A stretch of DNA of 60,909 bases, the filler included, from Sphacelaria rigidula (lineage: Eukaryota), in assembly GCA_964200075.2 (NCBI GenBank). It is 9 parts of 9 records of this genome, joined end to end, with 100 filler letters (N's around TTAATTAATTAA, not from the genome) between each part and the next. Parts side by side here need not be neighbours in the genome. Positions count along the whole stretch, not along the records: positions 47,454 to 54,131 come from CAXNAA020018676.1; positions 54,232 to 60,909 come from CAXNAA020018677.1; 7 more parts are not named here. One strand, written 5' to 3'. The stretch's first letter is position 1; each line of letters begins with the position of its first letter. Made by a program: the position numbers and the translations under genes. Below are positions 48,895 to 60,909 of the stretch, piece by piece. Under the pieces are notes generated by a model. The model saw only the letters and a program-made list of their open reading frames with translations. It did no database searches and was not told the origin of the DNA.

Positions 48895-50968
48895 CAATGT
48901 CCTGGAAAAGGCATACCTTCTCGTTTTTTGCCCAAGAAAGGCACGAAAAATGACCAGAGACACGAAAACAGCCAAGCACGCCATTTTCACCGTTTTTGCT
49001 CCGCAGTTTTCACGCTCATCATTCGGGAGGGGGGGGGTGGGGGCATTGGCACCCAGAACTCGAAAAAAAAAGGACAAAAAACTCGAGAGATATGGCCACG
49101 CAAAAACGAACAATTCGCCTCCAGAAACCGCTAACCTTTTGCAGAACACAGTTCGCCGAGGTATACCTGATCTAGGAATTCTTTTTCAGTCTTACCTTCT
49201 CTTGGCCACCGATCGGCCGAAAACGTACCTCTGCAAGGCAATTGCTCTCTACACTGTACCAGGGCGTCTACGCGCCAACTCCCATATGCGCCCACACATT
49301 CGGCTCTTCTCCCGCTTATTTGCCGTTCACAGTCGCCACAACGACGACGCCCGTTTCTCCCCGGAAAGAGATCCCGAGTCTCTCCGCATCGACGAAATAA
49401 CTGGACTCACAACCCACAACGCGTTGGTCTTTTGTGATGCGGGAGGTTGTGGAACACCGTACTGTTTCGACCTCGGGACCGGTGCCATGGTCAAGCTAGG
49501 CTCTTCCGTTACGAACGGGCGGTTGTCGCATCATCGATGGCTGGTTCAAGCAACGGATACAGTACTGGCGGTCACGCATATAGAAACAGGAACATAACAC
49601 TAATGAGCGTAAGTCGCTGAACGCACGCACACCCCATCGAGCCCGCGTGAATCGACCTTGGGAGTACTTCAAACTGCTTAATCAACCCGAACATCACGAC
49701 ACCCATCCTCTTCCCTCTTTCTCCGCTGCTACCATAATATATGAGCGCTTGGGCTGTCTAAGAAGCTCACTTTCCTTCAGCTCGTTCGAACTGACGATGT
49801 ATCGTGAGTTGTACCAGTAGGTATAACCAGCGTTGGCCTATAAATATTACTCGGTGATATTACTTCATTAGAATGTGCACAACGAGAATCGGATCTTTAG
49901 TACGACTTACAGTCCCGTGTACTCCTCGTCTGCACAGAATGCGTTTTCGTCGAAATCGACGCCACAGGAGCTGATTTGGGGTGTGCAAATGCCGCACTTT
50001 GCCGAGGGAATGCTATGTTCCGCCCTTGTCCGAGGGGTTTTGGTTCGCGGTGGGTTGGGGGGTTAGGGTTTTCGGGGTAGAGGTAGGGGTAGCGATACTT
50101 GTGAAACGTGTCAACCATGAACGTGTGTAGCCCAACTCCGGTAAGCTAGCCTACTACTATGACACATCGTGGTAATCGGCAACTCAGTGCTGGTCTTCAA
50201 TTCCACGTAGCACTCCGATACGACAAGGTCAAACCAAACGAAATACCAAACTGGCCAGTAGTCCTGCCTTTCTGTGCAGCTTTCAGTCACAAAACATATC
50301 CCTTATTTGAACCAGCCATCGATGATGCGACAACCGCCCGTTCGTAACGGAAGAGCCTAGCTTGACCATGGCACCGGTCCCGAGGTCGAAACAGTACGGT
50401 GTTCCACAACCTCCCGCATCACAAAAGACCAACGCGTTGTGGGTTGTGAGTCCAGTTATTTCGTCGATGCGGAGAGACTCGGGATCTATTTCCGGGGAGA
50501 AACGGGCGTCGTCGTTGTGGCGACCGTGAACGGCAAATAAGCGGGAGAAGAGCCGAATGTGTGGGCGCATATGGGAGTTGGCGCGTAGACTCCCTGGTAC
50601 AGTGTAAAGAGCAATGGCCTGGCAGAGGTACGTTCACGGCCGATCGGCGGCCAAGGGAAGGTACGATTGAAAAAGAATTCCTAGATCAGGTATACCTCGG
50701 CGAACTGTGGCCTACAAAAGGTTAGCGGTTTCTGGAGGCGAAATGTTCGTTTTTGCGTGGCCATATCTCTCGAGTAACATGTTTTTTATCCATTTGTTTT
50801 CGAGTCCTGGGTGCCAATGCCCCCTCTCCCCCCTCCGAATGATGAGCGTGAAAACTCCGGAGCAAAAACGGTCAAAATGGCGTGCTCGGCTGTTTTCGTG
50901 TCTCTGATCATTTTTCGTGCCTTTCTTGGGCAAAAAACGAGAAGGTATACCATTTCTAGGAGATTGTC
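48895..50968. repeat. Large inverted repeat: ~650-bp arms (48895-49548, 50307-50968) around a ~760-bp spacer
   Basis: The same peptide appears on opposite strands in the ORF track (MRPHIRLFSRLFAVH...HHRWLVQ); the arms align by eye along their full length. Confidence 0.92.
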
Positions 50969-51249
50969 CAAACGAAAACCCTCATTTTTTCTATGGCGAT
51001 TCTTCTCGTGGTCGCGCTTGGGTGAATGAGAGGGGCGGGGGGCTGTGGTTCCTGTGCTATTGTGATGGAGCGCCTTTTTATATCACAATACCTTCCGAGT
51101 ATCCCGCCATGCCTGCTGTTGTGCATTGTACTCTTTTCAGATATACACAGTGCCACTGTGGTATATACTATTTATATACAGCATATATGGTCTACCAAGG
51201 GTCCGTCGAGAGAACTTTTCGGACACCGAGCCCCCCCCCCCCCCCCCTT

Positions 51250-51467
51250 GGCACTTTTTTCCATACCCCCCCCCCGCCAACACCCCCCCCAAACCGTCCC
51301 CAAAAAAACCCTCATCAAACATCTGATGTTTGGTTTCTGGCGGCTTGAAGTGCCTCGTACGGGGGATATTGGCGAAAACGAACGCGAGGGTGGGAATTCC
51401 CGTGATGATTTTGCCCTCCCAAACCAGCCACTTGTGGAGGGGGAGGGGGGCTATCCTCAAAGGTGTC
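51250..51467 (+). mobile_element. Diverged MITE monomer of the 13857-14111 family
   Basis: ctgatgtttggtt...aacgaac..gtgggaattccc...gatttt...gggggctatc...gtgtc. Confidence 0.55.
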
Positions 51468-54400
51468 CCCTCCCGGAGGGCAATTTATCGAAAATTGTCA
51501 TGATTTGTTCTTGGCGTTGTTGAAATATATTGAAATGTACAAACACCGACAAAAACCGACAAGTCTGGCGGGCTTTGCGAGGCTCGTAAATTTGCTTCTG
51601 CTCCTTATTGCCCGCCCTGTTCCGATGACCTCGGACACTGGCAACGCTCACACACATCTGTGTACGATACACGAGCTCACGGTAGCGACAGCCTGTGGCC
51701 AAAGTAGCAACATGATCTCACGCTTCGCCAAATTTTCCCGGACTAGTGGTGGATAGTGTAGGCGGCACACGATACGGAACATGATCCCATAAATGTCATC
51801 ATGGTAGAATATGAGCTTGGAGGGGCGGTGTGTCCGTCATATCGGCGGTTTCCATGCCAAGGATCTCTGTACACGGTAGCTGATCGCATTTGCCAACGTC
51901 TCGTCGAAATTCTGGGAGGACGCAAACTGGACGTTTCCCCCCGCCCCCCTCAAAAATCCGAATTTTCGATCTTGCGGCCCGCGTGTCCCGACATATGTTT
52001 TTGACCGAGCCTTGGACCCACCCAATTCGAGGTTACTGCGACGTACCGTAACTGGCACACGACTTTTATGGTAGCATTTGGATTACCGCTGGCCGCTCAG
52101 ACGCTGTGCATTGCTGCGAGGTTACGATGCGGGTGGAGACAAACTTCCATAATAATAGTCAAGGGCATGCACAGCACCACGGTAGTGCAGAAGGATAGTA
52201 CATTAGCCACAGCGTGAATACAGTCGATCGCTGCAGCACAGGCAGTACGGCAAGCAGAGCGAACGATGCCAGAGGGACTGCCACCTGGGAAGTAGGGATA
52301 CAGCGAGTAAGTGGGCAACAGCGAAGTACTTGGCAGAGCGTTTTGACATGGTCACAACAAATGAATATTCAGGATTACGGTATTAATAATGAAAAAACGT
52401 TTAGTGTGATATGACGGACCGTTTCAGCATGATATCGATGATCAATCTCATGCGAGAGAGCAACGAATGAGGGTCAATCAACCTGCAAACGAGTGAGGAG
52501 AAGCTTCCTGTATGATTGATAGCCACGTATACATACCGCATGAAACCGGAAGGAGAAATAGCCATTCCATTGTGTCAAATACGCATTTATTTGATATAAT
52601 ATGGATTGAGGGGTATACACGCCTTTGACTGGCGTGGCGATCTAATCGTGTTTGTTGTTGGCGTGGGCACCTTCTTGGACTCTGTGTGGTCTTCTTTCTC
52701 ACTTGGAGGTAATCATGTTCGTTTCACCTGCCAGGCGCTCACTGGAAATGGTGGCTATACAGGAATGCTGATGGTGGACCAAGATCGAAATATTTAAAAC
52801 GCAGGGAAATGGGCATCTTCATAGACGCGTTGAAGGATCACGACAAATCCGACAATACTTCCAAAAAAAGTACAACAAACCGAGAACGACAACCACTCCG
52901 TCCACTCAGCCACGGTCACCACGTGACCATCCACACTACGTCTCACCCACAGCAAGCACACACCACGATGCTGGCCTTCACCCGAGCAGCCCAAAATCGA
53001 CGAGTTTGGGCCTATCAGTTCTTCTTGCGGCGGCAGGGAAGATAACTTGGCCGTTGGATGATGACTCGCAGTCAAGGTGACCGCTGGAAAATGACTTTGG
53101 GGTAGTTAGTACGGTAGTGAGGCCGCAATGCTGGAGAGGGTTGCGTACTCAAGACGTGAATCCGAGGGCGTTCTGTTTGTCGATCAAGGAAAGTGTACCA
53201 CGAGTCGTACGTGTTGCTGAGTGACACCACAGGTATACTCTACTACTACTGTGACTTGTGTGTATAATTCCAACCGGCATACAAATGTTCTGACAGTACT
53301 CCCATGGTGTCAACCAATTGTACATGGCTCAAGGATGATCACCTGGTGCCCGCGTAGGCAGTGCCCGCGTCCAGGCAGCTGTGTCGAGGGGCAATCTCTA
53401 AAGGTCGGCATTCCGCACAGCAAGACAGGTAGAAGCGACAAATGAGAATCTCGTGAAGATGGTTTCGGTAAAGAAATTAGCCAACCAGTCACAGTTCTGT
53501 ATTCAGTTCTGTATTCTTTATCCATGCTGGCATGATCTTTTCCAATAATATTCGACCTCACGGTCGACGAGGGAAAGGGAGTGCTGAGACCCTCTGTCGG
53601 AAAAACAAAAAAAAGGAAAGCGCCGCAGAAGGAAGGTGGAGACCTAAAACAAAACAAAACAAAATCTCCTGTGATGGCCTTTTTCCTGTGTGACCCTGGC
53701 TCGTGCACACATATACTGTATACCGCAAGGTGTAGACTGGCGTCCAGAACAGATGGGACGACAACACAAATACCGACGTTGCTCAGCCAAGGCTCGACGT
53801 ACCCCTACCACCTGCCGTGCAGCCGTAGCATACACAACTTGTACACAAGCCTGGCACAATCCGGGAAAAGCCTTTTATGTACGTGCTGCACAGTACAGTA
53901 CCTACTATTGTCATTACCCATCTGATCAGGGGGAAACCTACCCCTCAAAAATGGTTACCCCCCCTGTCCGTCGCCTAGAATGAGGTTTTCGGAACCGGGG
54001 GCGGTGATAAACATATTCTTGTCTGTGATGACCCTTGTGAACTGTACTGTGTACAAGGCGCGGGGACCGTAGTTTTTGGCAAGGAATCACACGTCGGACG
54101 GATCAGGTCGTGACAGATCCGGGTCAGCTCANNNNNNNNNNNNNNNNNNNNNNNNNNNNNNNNNNNNNNNNNNNNTTAATTAATTAANNNNNNNNNNNNN
54201 NNNNNNNNNNNNNNNNNNNNNNNNNNNNNNNGCATACGTATGGACGGAGTTTGGAATCAAAACCCCCGCCCCCCCCCCCCCCCCCCCCCCCCCCCCTCTG
54301 TATACGTCTCAAAAGGGATGCGTGGTCAATGGTCACACGACTAAGGCAAGCAACAAAGGAGTACGCCTCCCCCTCTCTATACGAGATAAGGGGAAGGCAC

Positions 54401-55510
54401 AAGAACGAGAGTAGTGACATGAACCAGGGTCATGATCCAAGTCACAATAGCATGAGGGAAGGGTTGATCAAGTCACGCTCCAGCAGAGCTTTTGCCATAA
54501 AAAGCTGATATGCGTTCGTATGTGTGTGTATCGTTCAAAAATATCATGGAGCTGTTTCCCTTCATTTTTCTGTAGAAATGAAAACTGACCCCATCGTAAT
54601 TTTAGATTTGCGATCCGCCCGGCAGCACAGTGGTACGTACTGAAGAACTAAAACCTCACCACTACGACAACTTGAAACTGTCAATATTAACCGGTACCTT
54701 ATTATGTCGTAGTGCGTCAATACTGTATCCGCAGCGATCGTCTCCCTGCCCCGTGTTGGGCACGCCTCCAGCGGATGATCAAGCAGTATCCCCCCTCCCA
54801 ACAGAATGGACGGTGAAACAGGAAGAGGGATGAGATATATAAAATATTTCTCATGTGTAAGGGAAAAACGTGCTTGACGCCCAACTGTTGGAGGTATCTC
54901 TGCTAGGAGTAACAACGGTGCTTCCCATCGAAAGTTATGCGTGGTCAATGGCCAAACGACCAAGGCAAGCAACAAATGAGTACCCCAGCCCCCATCCTCC
55001 CCTCACACTACTCCTCTCTATACCAGTGACATGGTTCCTCACTCCTCGGCCTCACCCGATTTTTTTTCTGTACATGAAATTGCAGGACCCCTGTCCTCAT
55101 TCCCCCGCTACCATCTCTACTGTGACATCTTTGTCGAGCTCGCTCTTCGATTTTCTTCAAGAAACTCCGAGTGCCTTTATCCTTCGAAGCAATGTATCTT
55201 GATCATTAAAGAGTTTCGGAAAATTCTTTTTTGTCGTTTCAGGGCGGAAATATATCGGGATCAGAGTGCAAAAAAAAAATCGATCGAAAAAAAGTTGAGG
55301 GGATATCACATTTGACGGAGGAGGGGATGTGTTTTTGTTACACTCTGATCCTGAGATATTTGCACTCTGAAATAACAAAATAAAAGTGTTCTCCGAAACT
55401 ATCCAGTACCTGTGTTTTGGTCGTTGTGTACGTGTGTGTTGTCATCCCATGTATTCTCGACGGCAGTCTACACCTTTTCGGTGCATTTAGGCGCATCAGC
55501 CGGAGTTATA

Positions 55511-55985
55511 CAGTTTTTGGAGTCAGAAACAGACTCTCCGAATACTGCCCCTTTCGAGCCTTTCATCTCGGATTTTTCACGGAATACGGGCCTCAGCGGA
55601 TTAGGTCTCCTCGGAAAGATTTGCTCTGCTTTCGAAGAGGATTTCAGCGCACTTTCACGATTTGTCGTGCCATCCAGTTTTACTTCTGACCAGACTCCCG
55701 ATTTGTTCTGTCGCCAAAAAAATCTTCGAGTCGTCGAGAAGAACGTACACGTCTTTTCTGACAACTCGAAGATTTTTCGGGCTACTGAACAAATCGGAAT
55801 CCCATCGAAAGTAAAACTGGGCACACGAAAAATCCAAAAATGCGTTAGAATATTCTTGGAAAAAAAGCTCAGCGAATCTTTCCGAGGAGACCCAATCCGT
55901 CAAGACCCGTATTCCGTAAGAAATCCGCGATGAAAGGCTCAGAAAAGGTCGTTTTCAGAGAGCCCGTCTTCTGACTATGAGAAGC
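55511..55985. mobile_element. Foldback/MITE with ~120-bp TIRs and palindromic interior
   Basis: gagcctttcatc.cggattt..acggaatacggg...cggatt.ggtctcctcggaaagatt vs its reverse complement at 55870-55975. Confidence 0.8.
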
Positions 55986-56018
55986 AGCCTCAGAATTAAG
56001 CATTTATCTTACATCTTG

Positions 56019-56622
56019 CACACCCTGGATAATGACAGAATATTAGAGCTCGGAAATGGTTTGCCTAACCATTAAGCAGTTGAATGGTTACGCGCAGCGC
56101 ACTCACTTACCAGTTAACTGGTACATAATGGTTTGGTCATCGAGCGGTGCAGCCGCGAGCCAAAAAGCCCCCTCTGCAGAGGGGGCCCCGCTGGAGACGC
56201 CGCCGGAGGGCCCAGCTGGAGGCGTCGTGCCGGAGGCGTCGTGCCGGAGGCGTGTCTCAACGCGATTCGGCTTCACTATAGCAAAAAAATACGTCAAATT
56301 TGGGCCAATTTTCAAGGGATGTATGTAGCGTACGTAGCCGGTAATGGCTTATTAAGCCGGTAACGGTAAATAATGGTTTGAAGCTATTATCCCAAACTTT
56401 TATATAACCGTTACCATTATTACCATTATAATGACGATGGCCAGTTACAACTGGTACCATTTCCGAGCTCTACAATATATGGTCAACAGACTCAAGAGAC
56501 AAAAGTGTACTGTGTCAAGTATAGGTGAAAATGTGCTGGGCAAAGTGTAGGCCTATTATTCACCCAGTTCACTTTTTGTCAATCGCGTCCATTGACCATA
56601 TATTGTCATTGTCCAGGGTGTG
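56019..56622. mobile_element. CACACCCTGGA-family MITE carrying a nested insertion
   Basis: cacaccctggataatga[..]caatatatggtcaa ... ttgaccatatattgtcattgtccagggtgtg. Confidence 0.75.
56044..56472. mobile_element. hAT-like non-autonomous element, 17-bp perfect TIR
   Basis: TAGAGCTCGGAAATGGT ... ACCATTTCCGAGCTCTA, flanked by imperfect 8-bp duplication cagaatat/caatatat. Confidence 0.75.
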
Positions 56623-57815
56623 ATATCTTGTGACCACGGCCGGGTCAAATGAGAGCGAAATGTATTGCCTTACTTTTACTGTAGATACACAAATGATATT
56701 TTGAGGCATTCTTTCGTGGGGCTAGTGGGTGAAAGCTCATGCCGGTATTGCATGATCTGGAATAGCTGCGTCGCAATTTGCGCTCACGTGTTTTTTGTTT
56801 CGCCTTGTCTTGTCTTGTCTTGTGCATGATGAGTGCATGTGCTTTCTTGCGCACCGGCGTTGTCACCTGAACCCGTGCTGTAGGGGCCGGCCGTTTCTGG
56901 TTTTCTTTCGCGATCTATCATCGTACTTCATCGACACCGTTTTTATCCTTTTTGCTTCTTGCGTCTTGCTTCTTACTTCTCCTTTCCTTTCCTTTCCTTT
57001 CTTCGTTCTGTTTTGGGTATGTTTGTCTCTTGTCCTTGTCCTCGTTTGTCCGTGCTTGCGTGTTTTTCAGCTTTTACTGCGCACGCTCGTCATCTTTTTG
57101 TTCGGTGTTTCACTTTTTTTTCATGTTGGTTTCAGCGAGCGGTTTCCGTTTTGTATTGCCTTGAGTACGTCTATTTCGTGGATAATGACCAATCACGGCG
57201 GGATCCCTCGGATATCAGTTAATGTGCGACAATCAATCAATCAATCAATCAATCAAATGTGAACTGAGTACAAGTGGAACCAGCTACGGTGCAAAGATTA
57301 AGGGCCCGAATCCCTGCATCTGTTTTTTTTTCTTCTATGAGAGATATCCAGTTCCCATCGTCGAGAATGCAAGGGCGTGGACACGAAACGAAACTGACCT
57401 GGCAAGAGCGATAAACGCGGTGCAGGGGAAATGGTGACAGTCATGACCCAATCCGCGATACCAAAATGAAAGGCGTGTACTGTACTGGGGTAGAAGATGG
57501 GTTGTTCTCATTGAGACCACGGATTGATCCCGAGGGAGGGTAGGGGTTGAACCGATAGAGGAGAATATAACGAGCGATACTGATTCATCCTCATATTTTA
57601 AAATTATTTTTTTCTCTTTTTGTATTTTTTTTTCTCTGCGCACATCCAAATATTCCGCTGCAGTACCCTTTCTCTATCCCTGTTCTTGCTTCAGGAGCTT
57701 GATTTTCCCTCATTTTATTTTTCTATTTTTTCTCTTTATTGTTTTTTCCTCTGTTTGCATCCACATATTTTGCTGCACTACTGTACCCTTTCTCGATCCC
57801 CGTTTTTTGTTTCAG

Positions 57816-58506
57816 GAGCGTGTGGATGTTTGCGTGGAGCTGGGCTTACCGCGCGTTCTCACGCCTCCACCGAAGGGAACTTCGGAACATGGAACCGATC
57901 CGAGATTTCGCAGAATTAGTTCTCGAGACCGCGATATCCGAAGGCGATACAAGTGGAGAATGTGGTGCTATGCGGAACGGGTTGGAGAATGGCTCGTTAG
58001 TATTCAGGCGTGGCGAAGTGAACCGGAATGGTACCGTAGACGAGGAGCGACGATGTGTTCCAACAACCATCGTTAAAAAAAATGAAGAAGAAGGGGGTAT
58101 CGGTGATAAAATGGAGGATGGTAGCTTCGAAGCGAAACGTGGGGAGTTGGAAACTGGTAACACCGAGAGAAACCCGGGGGGCAATGGCAGAATGGAGGAC
58201 TACTGCTTGAAAGCGAGGTGTGGGGAATGGGAGAATGACAGCGCGTTGGAAGATGACCGAAGAGGGCTTCTTGAAAACGCCACCACTACTGAAAGTGAAC
58301 ACCCCGGGAACGGCGGGTCTGAGCGTGTTATAGGGGATCAGGTAGTTCAGGAGAGAGTGGGAAACGGCGTGGGGGTTGCGTCAGGGAATGGGACCGTGGC
58401 TCGAAAGGAATGGAGCAGTGGTGTGGGTAGGAGAAGGAGAACCGCTTTGTCGAATATGGCGGAGAGAGAAAGTCACCGCAAGTACCCCAATGCCATGCTG
58501 GATGAG
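57816..58506 (+). CDS. Cytochrome P450 exon (region before the I-helix, with long insert)
   Basis: ttttgtttcag|G AGC...MLDE|gtgtgt; open 230 codons; joins in phase 0 to the I-helix exon. Confidence 0.75.
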
Positions 58507-58955
58507 GTGTGTTCAATGCTCATGTTTTTTCTTCCAATATTGTTAAGTTCGGTGTCGTTCCCCGTGAGCATTCAACATGAAATTTGCACGTCAGGCGGAG
58601 CGTTGATGCGGGTTGGAGAGAAAAAAAAGGACGAAATTGTCGAGTATGGGGGAGCAATAAAATTCACCGTCAGTATCCCCAACGGTGAAGGGCTAACTTT
58701 TGTTTTACGGTATATGTTCATATTTTGTTTCCCTTGGGTGTTAGAAAAAACACCATACGCAACATGTAGTATATACAAATACACAGGTACTTGCCTAATC
58801 GAGCTTCAGCTTCACTCAGCTGGTGCCTGTTTACCTTGAGGTAAGTCCACCCCAAGACCACGGCTATTTATGTTCGCAGGGATCACTCGTTATGAGACAT
58901 CCAATCTATCAATCTTGAAGTTTGTACTTTTATTTTGAGAGGGGGGCGGTGGAGT

Positions 58956-59436
58956 GTACTCATGATATTGCGTGTCATAGTTATATGACCATTGCCCTCG
59001 CATCCCAACGAAGCCGGGACGGAGCGCGCCGGGTTTTTGCCGAATCAGGCTCCCAATCAATCACCAAGCGCGACGCGCCGTGACATGTTCGGCGGGTCGC
59101 ATGAAGGGTGAGCTGATTCCTGCCAAGGTTGTTCGGCCCGAAGTGCACTGATCATCCTGCACATGGATGACAGTCCTGAATGAGTTGCTTCGTTCTCTGG
59201 TATCTTCACCAGAAACACTGCCTCATGGGTGTCTCACCATGTAATTACTGTATAGTACGGGCATCCCCTTTGCGCAGAGTTGAGGTTCTCCACCCCGCAC
59301 AACGTGATCTAGCTCGGCCACTATCATGGTTTTCCGCCAAAAAAAAAAAACGCAAGCGAGGAAAAACCCCGGTAACCTGGTTCCCTAGCTGACGCGGTGG
59401 GTGGCGTGTTTTATGTTAGCAACCGACGACAACCCT
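58956..59436 (+). mobile_element. Repeat family B copy in P450 intron (distal direct repeat mostly deleted)
   Basis: Reverse complement of 30700-31231. Confidence 0.8.
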
Positions 59437-60176
59437 TCAAGAAATGAGGGGAGGAGGGGTTTGAGGAAGGGTGGTGTTGAGTGAAGGAGTGATCCCACGA
59501 TATGGGACGAGGGGGTGATTCCACGGAAAACAGGTGCTCATGGGTGTGTCAAACGACCCAACACACTCGCGGTGCGCTTGTGTTTGGGTGAAACCGGTGT
59601 CGCGCAGTATGAATGTGTTTGGTGTTGATACCAAGCGCGTTCGAACAAAAGTTGCTGGTTTTAACTACGATGTGAAGGGACACGTTCGTGGAAGAAACGG
59701 CCCAATTCCCCCCCCCTCCCCTCTTCTGCCGTCGTAACCCCTACCGTAGACCCGCGTCAAAAGGTTAGAGATGTCTTTATCGGGAGTAGGAACGGTGGTC
59801 CGCCTCGAAAGGCAAGCCACAAACGAGCACGCCCCGCCATCGTAGATTGACTCACAGGGGTGCTGTTGTGAGTTGAATGAAAACAATGGGATATTTCACG
59901 CAGGCTGCATCGTCACGTGAATACCATTCTACACACATGGAATAAGGACAAAAAACATCGGACTGTGTTTTGATCGCGCGATTTGGCAAAAAAGGAGTAG
60001 TCGACGACGAATGAGTGCACATTTCGAGGTAGAGTTCTGTGCCCTCGTCCCGATAAAAACTAAAAACTAAGTAGAAACTGTAGAAACCTCTCATCGTTTT
60101 TTTTTTCTTTTTTCTTTTTCTTGCTGCCGCTTTTTTGGTGTGTGTATGTGTGTGTGTGTGTCTTTTGCAAGTGCAG

Positions 60177-60278
60177 ACGATCACGTTGCTTTTCGCCGGG
60201 CAAGACACGAGCGCTGCCACATTAAGCTGGACCTTGCATCTCCTCTCTCTGCCGGAGAACAAAGACTACGTGCTCCAG
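60177..60278 (+). CDS. Cytochrome P450 I-helix exon
   Basis: gtgcag|[26 protein letters not shown] (AGxDT motif); donor CAG|gtgcgt. Confidence 0.9.
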
Positions 60279-60909
60279 GTGCGTGCGTTTATGTGTTTCA
60301 TCCCATATATCCTGGGCGCCTGCACATTTCGCTTCATGTGTGCTCGCCAGCATGGGTCGTACAGGGGTGCTTTTTTTCAAGGGTCTACACGTTACACTCG
60401 TTATGTGTCACGTCGTGTCGCTTTTCACGTCAAAAGTTAAGCCAGGCTAGCACTAAGGTGGGGGACGGGAACCACGTGGGGAGCCCAGTTCAAAAATCAA
60501 GTCGAATCAGGGATCGCCACGTGGTCCCCCACCGTAGTACGACCCTGGCTTAACTTTTGACGTGAAACTTGACACGACGTGACGTGTAACGAGTGTAACG
60601 TGTAGACCCTTGCTTTTTTTCAAGTCTTCACCGTCCTTCTGCCGTCCTTTCCTTAATTTTGTCGCGAGAAGGGCTCGGTCGTCCCTTTCCAACATCGGCA
60701 GTAAAGTAGACTTTTGTTCACTCTGGACACTGCAGCTAGGGTGCATAAACAATTCCCGATACACTGCAGTGTCCGCCTCGTTGCCGATCATTGAGCGGTA
60801 CGGCGGAGGTGGGGGGGGGGGGGGGGGGGGGGACGTTTGTTTGGGTTTTTGTTTTGCGGGATCGGTTTGTGCCCCCCCCTCCCGGGTGGCGCTAATCTTG
60901 TGTTTCCTC

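Noticed and set aside
48950..49597. 215-aa ORF and its mirrored copy at 50283-50570
   Set aside because: No recognisable domain or splice signals. The frame is broken in the second arm, and the identity is explained by DNA-level duplication.
6681..54231. Regularly spaced TTAATTAATTAA palindromes every ~6.78 kb
   Set aside because: Artificial linkers between length-sorted contigs. No biological periodicity, and no linkage between genes on different contigs can be inferred.

Overview
Eukaryotic, intron-rich, repeat-rich DNA, most likely a brown alga or related stramenopile. This assignment is inferred from gene content, splice signals and repeat types. The window is not contiguous. It is nine unrelated ~6.68-kb contigs (1-6680, 6781-13459, 13560-20238, 20339-27017, 27118-33796, 33897-40575, 40676-47353, 47454-54131, 54232-60909) joined by artificial N44-TTAATTAATTAA-N44 linkers, and most ORF-track entries are spurious. 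Manual splicing recovers partial genes: the last exon of a HugZ/HOZ-like DUF2470 protein, a CaMKK/GRIK-like kinase with a probable GC-AG intron, an IPUT1/glycogenin-like GT8 protein with substituted catalytic motifs, a TMEM65-GAF fusion, a polysaccharide pyruvyltransferase-like gene head-to-head with a coiled-coil gene, and a cytochrome P450. The rest includes decayed LINE and Ty3/Gypsy fragments, many MITEs and several dispersed non-autonomous repeats. The main structural oddities are an intronic tandem array whose units carry ~200-nt hairpins, two repeat families sharing one terminal module next to C/G tracts, and two large inverted-repeat pairs.
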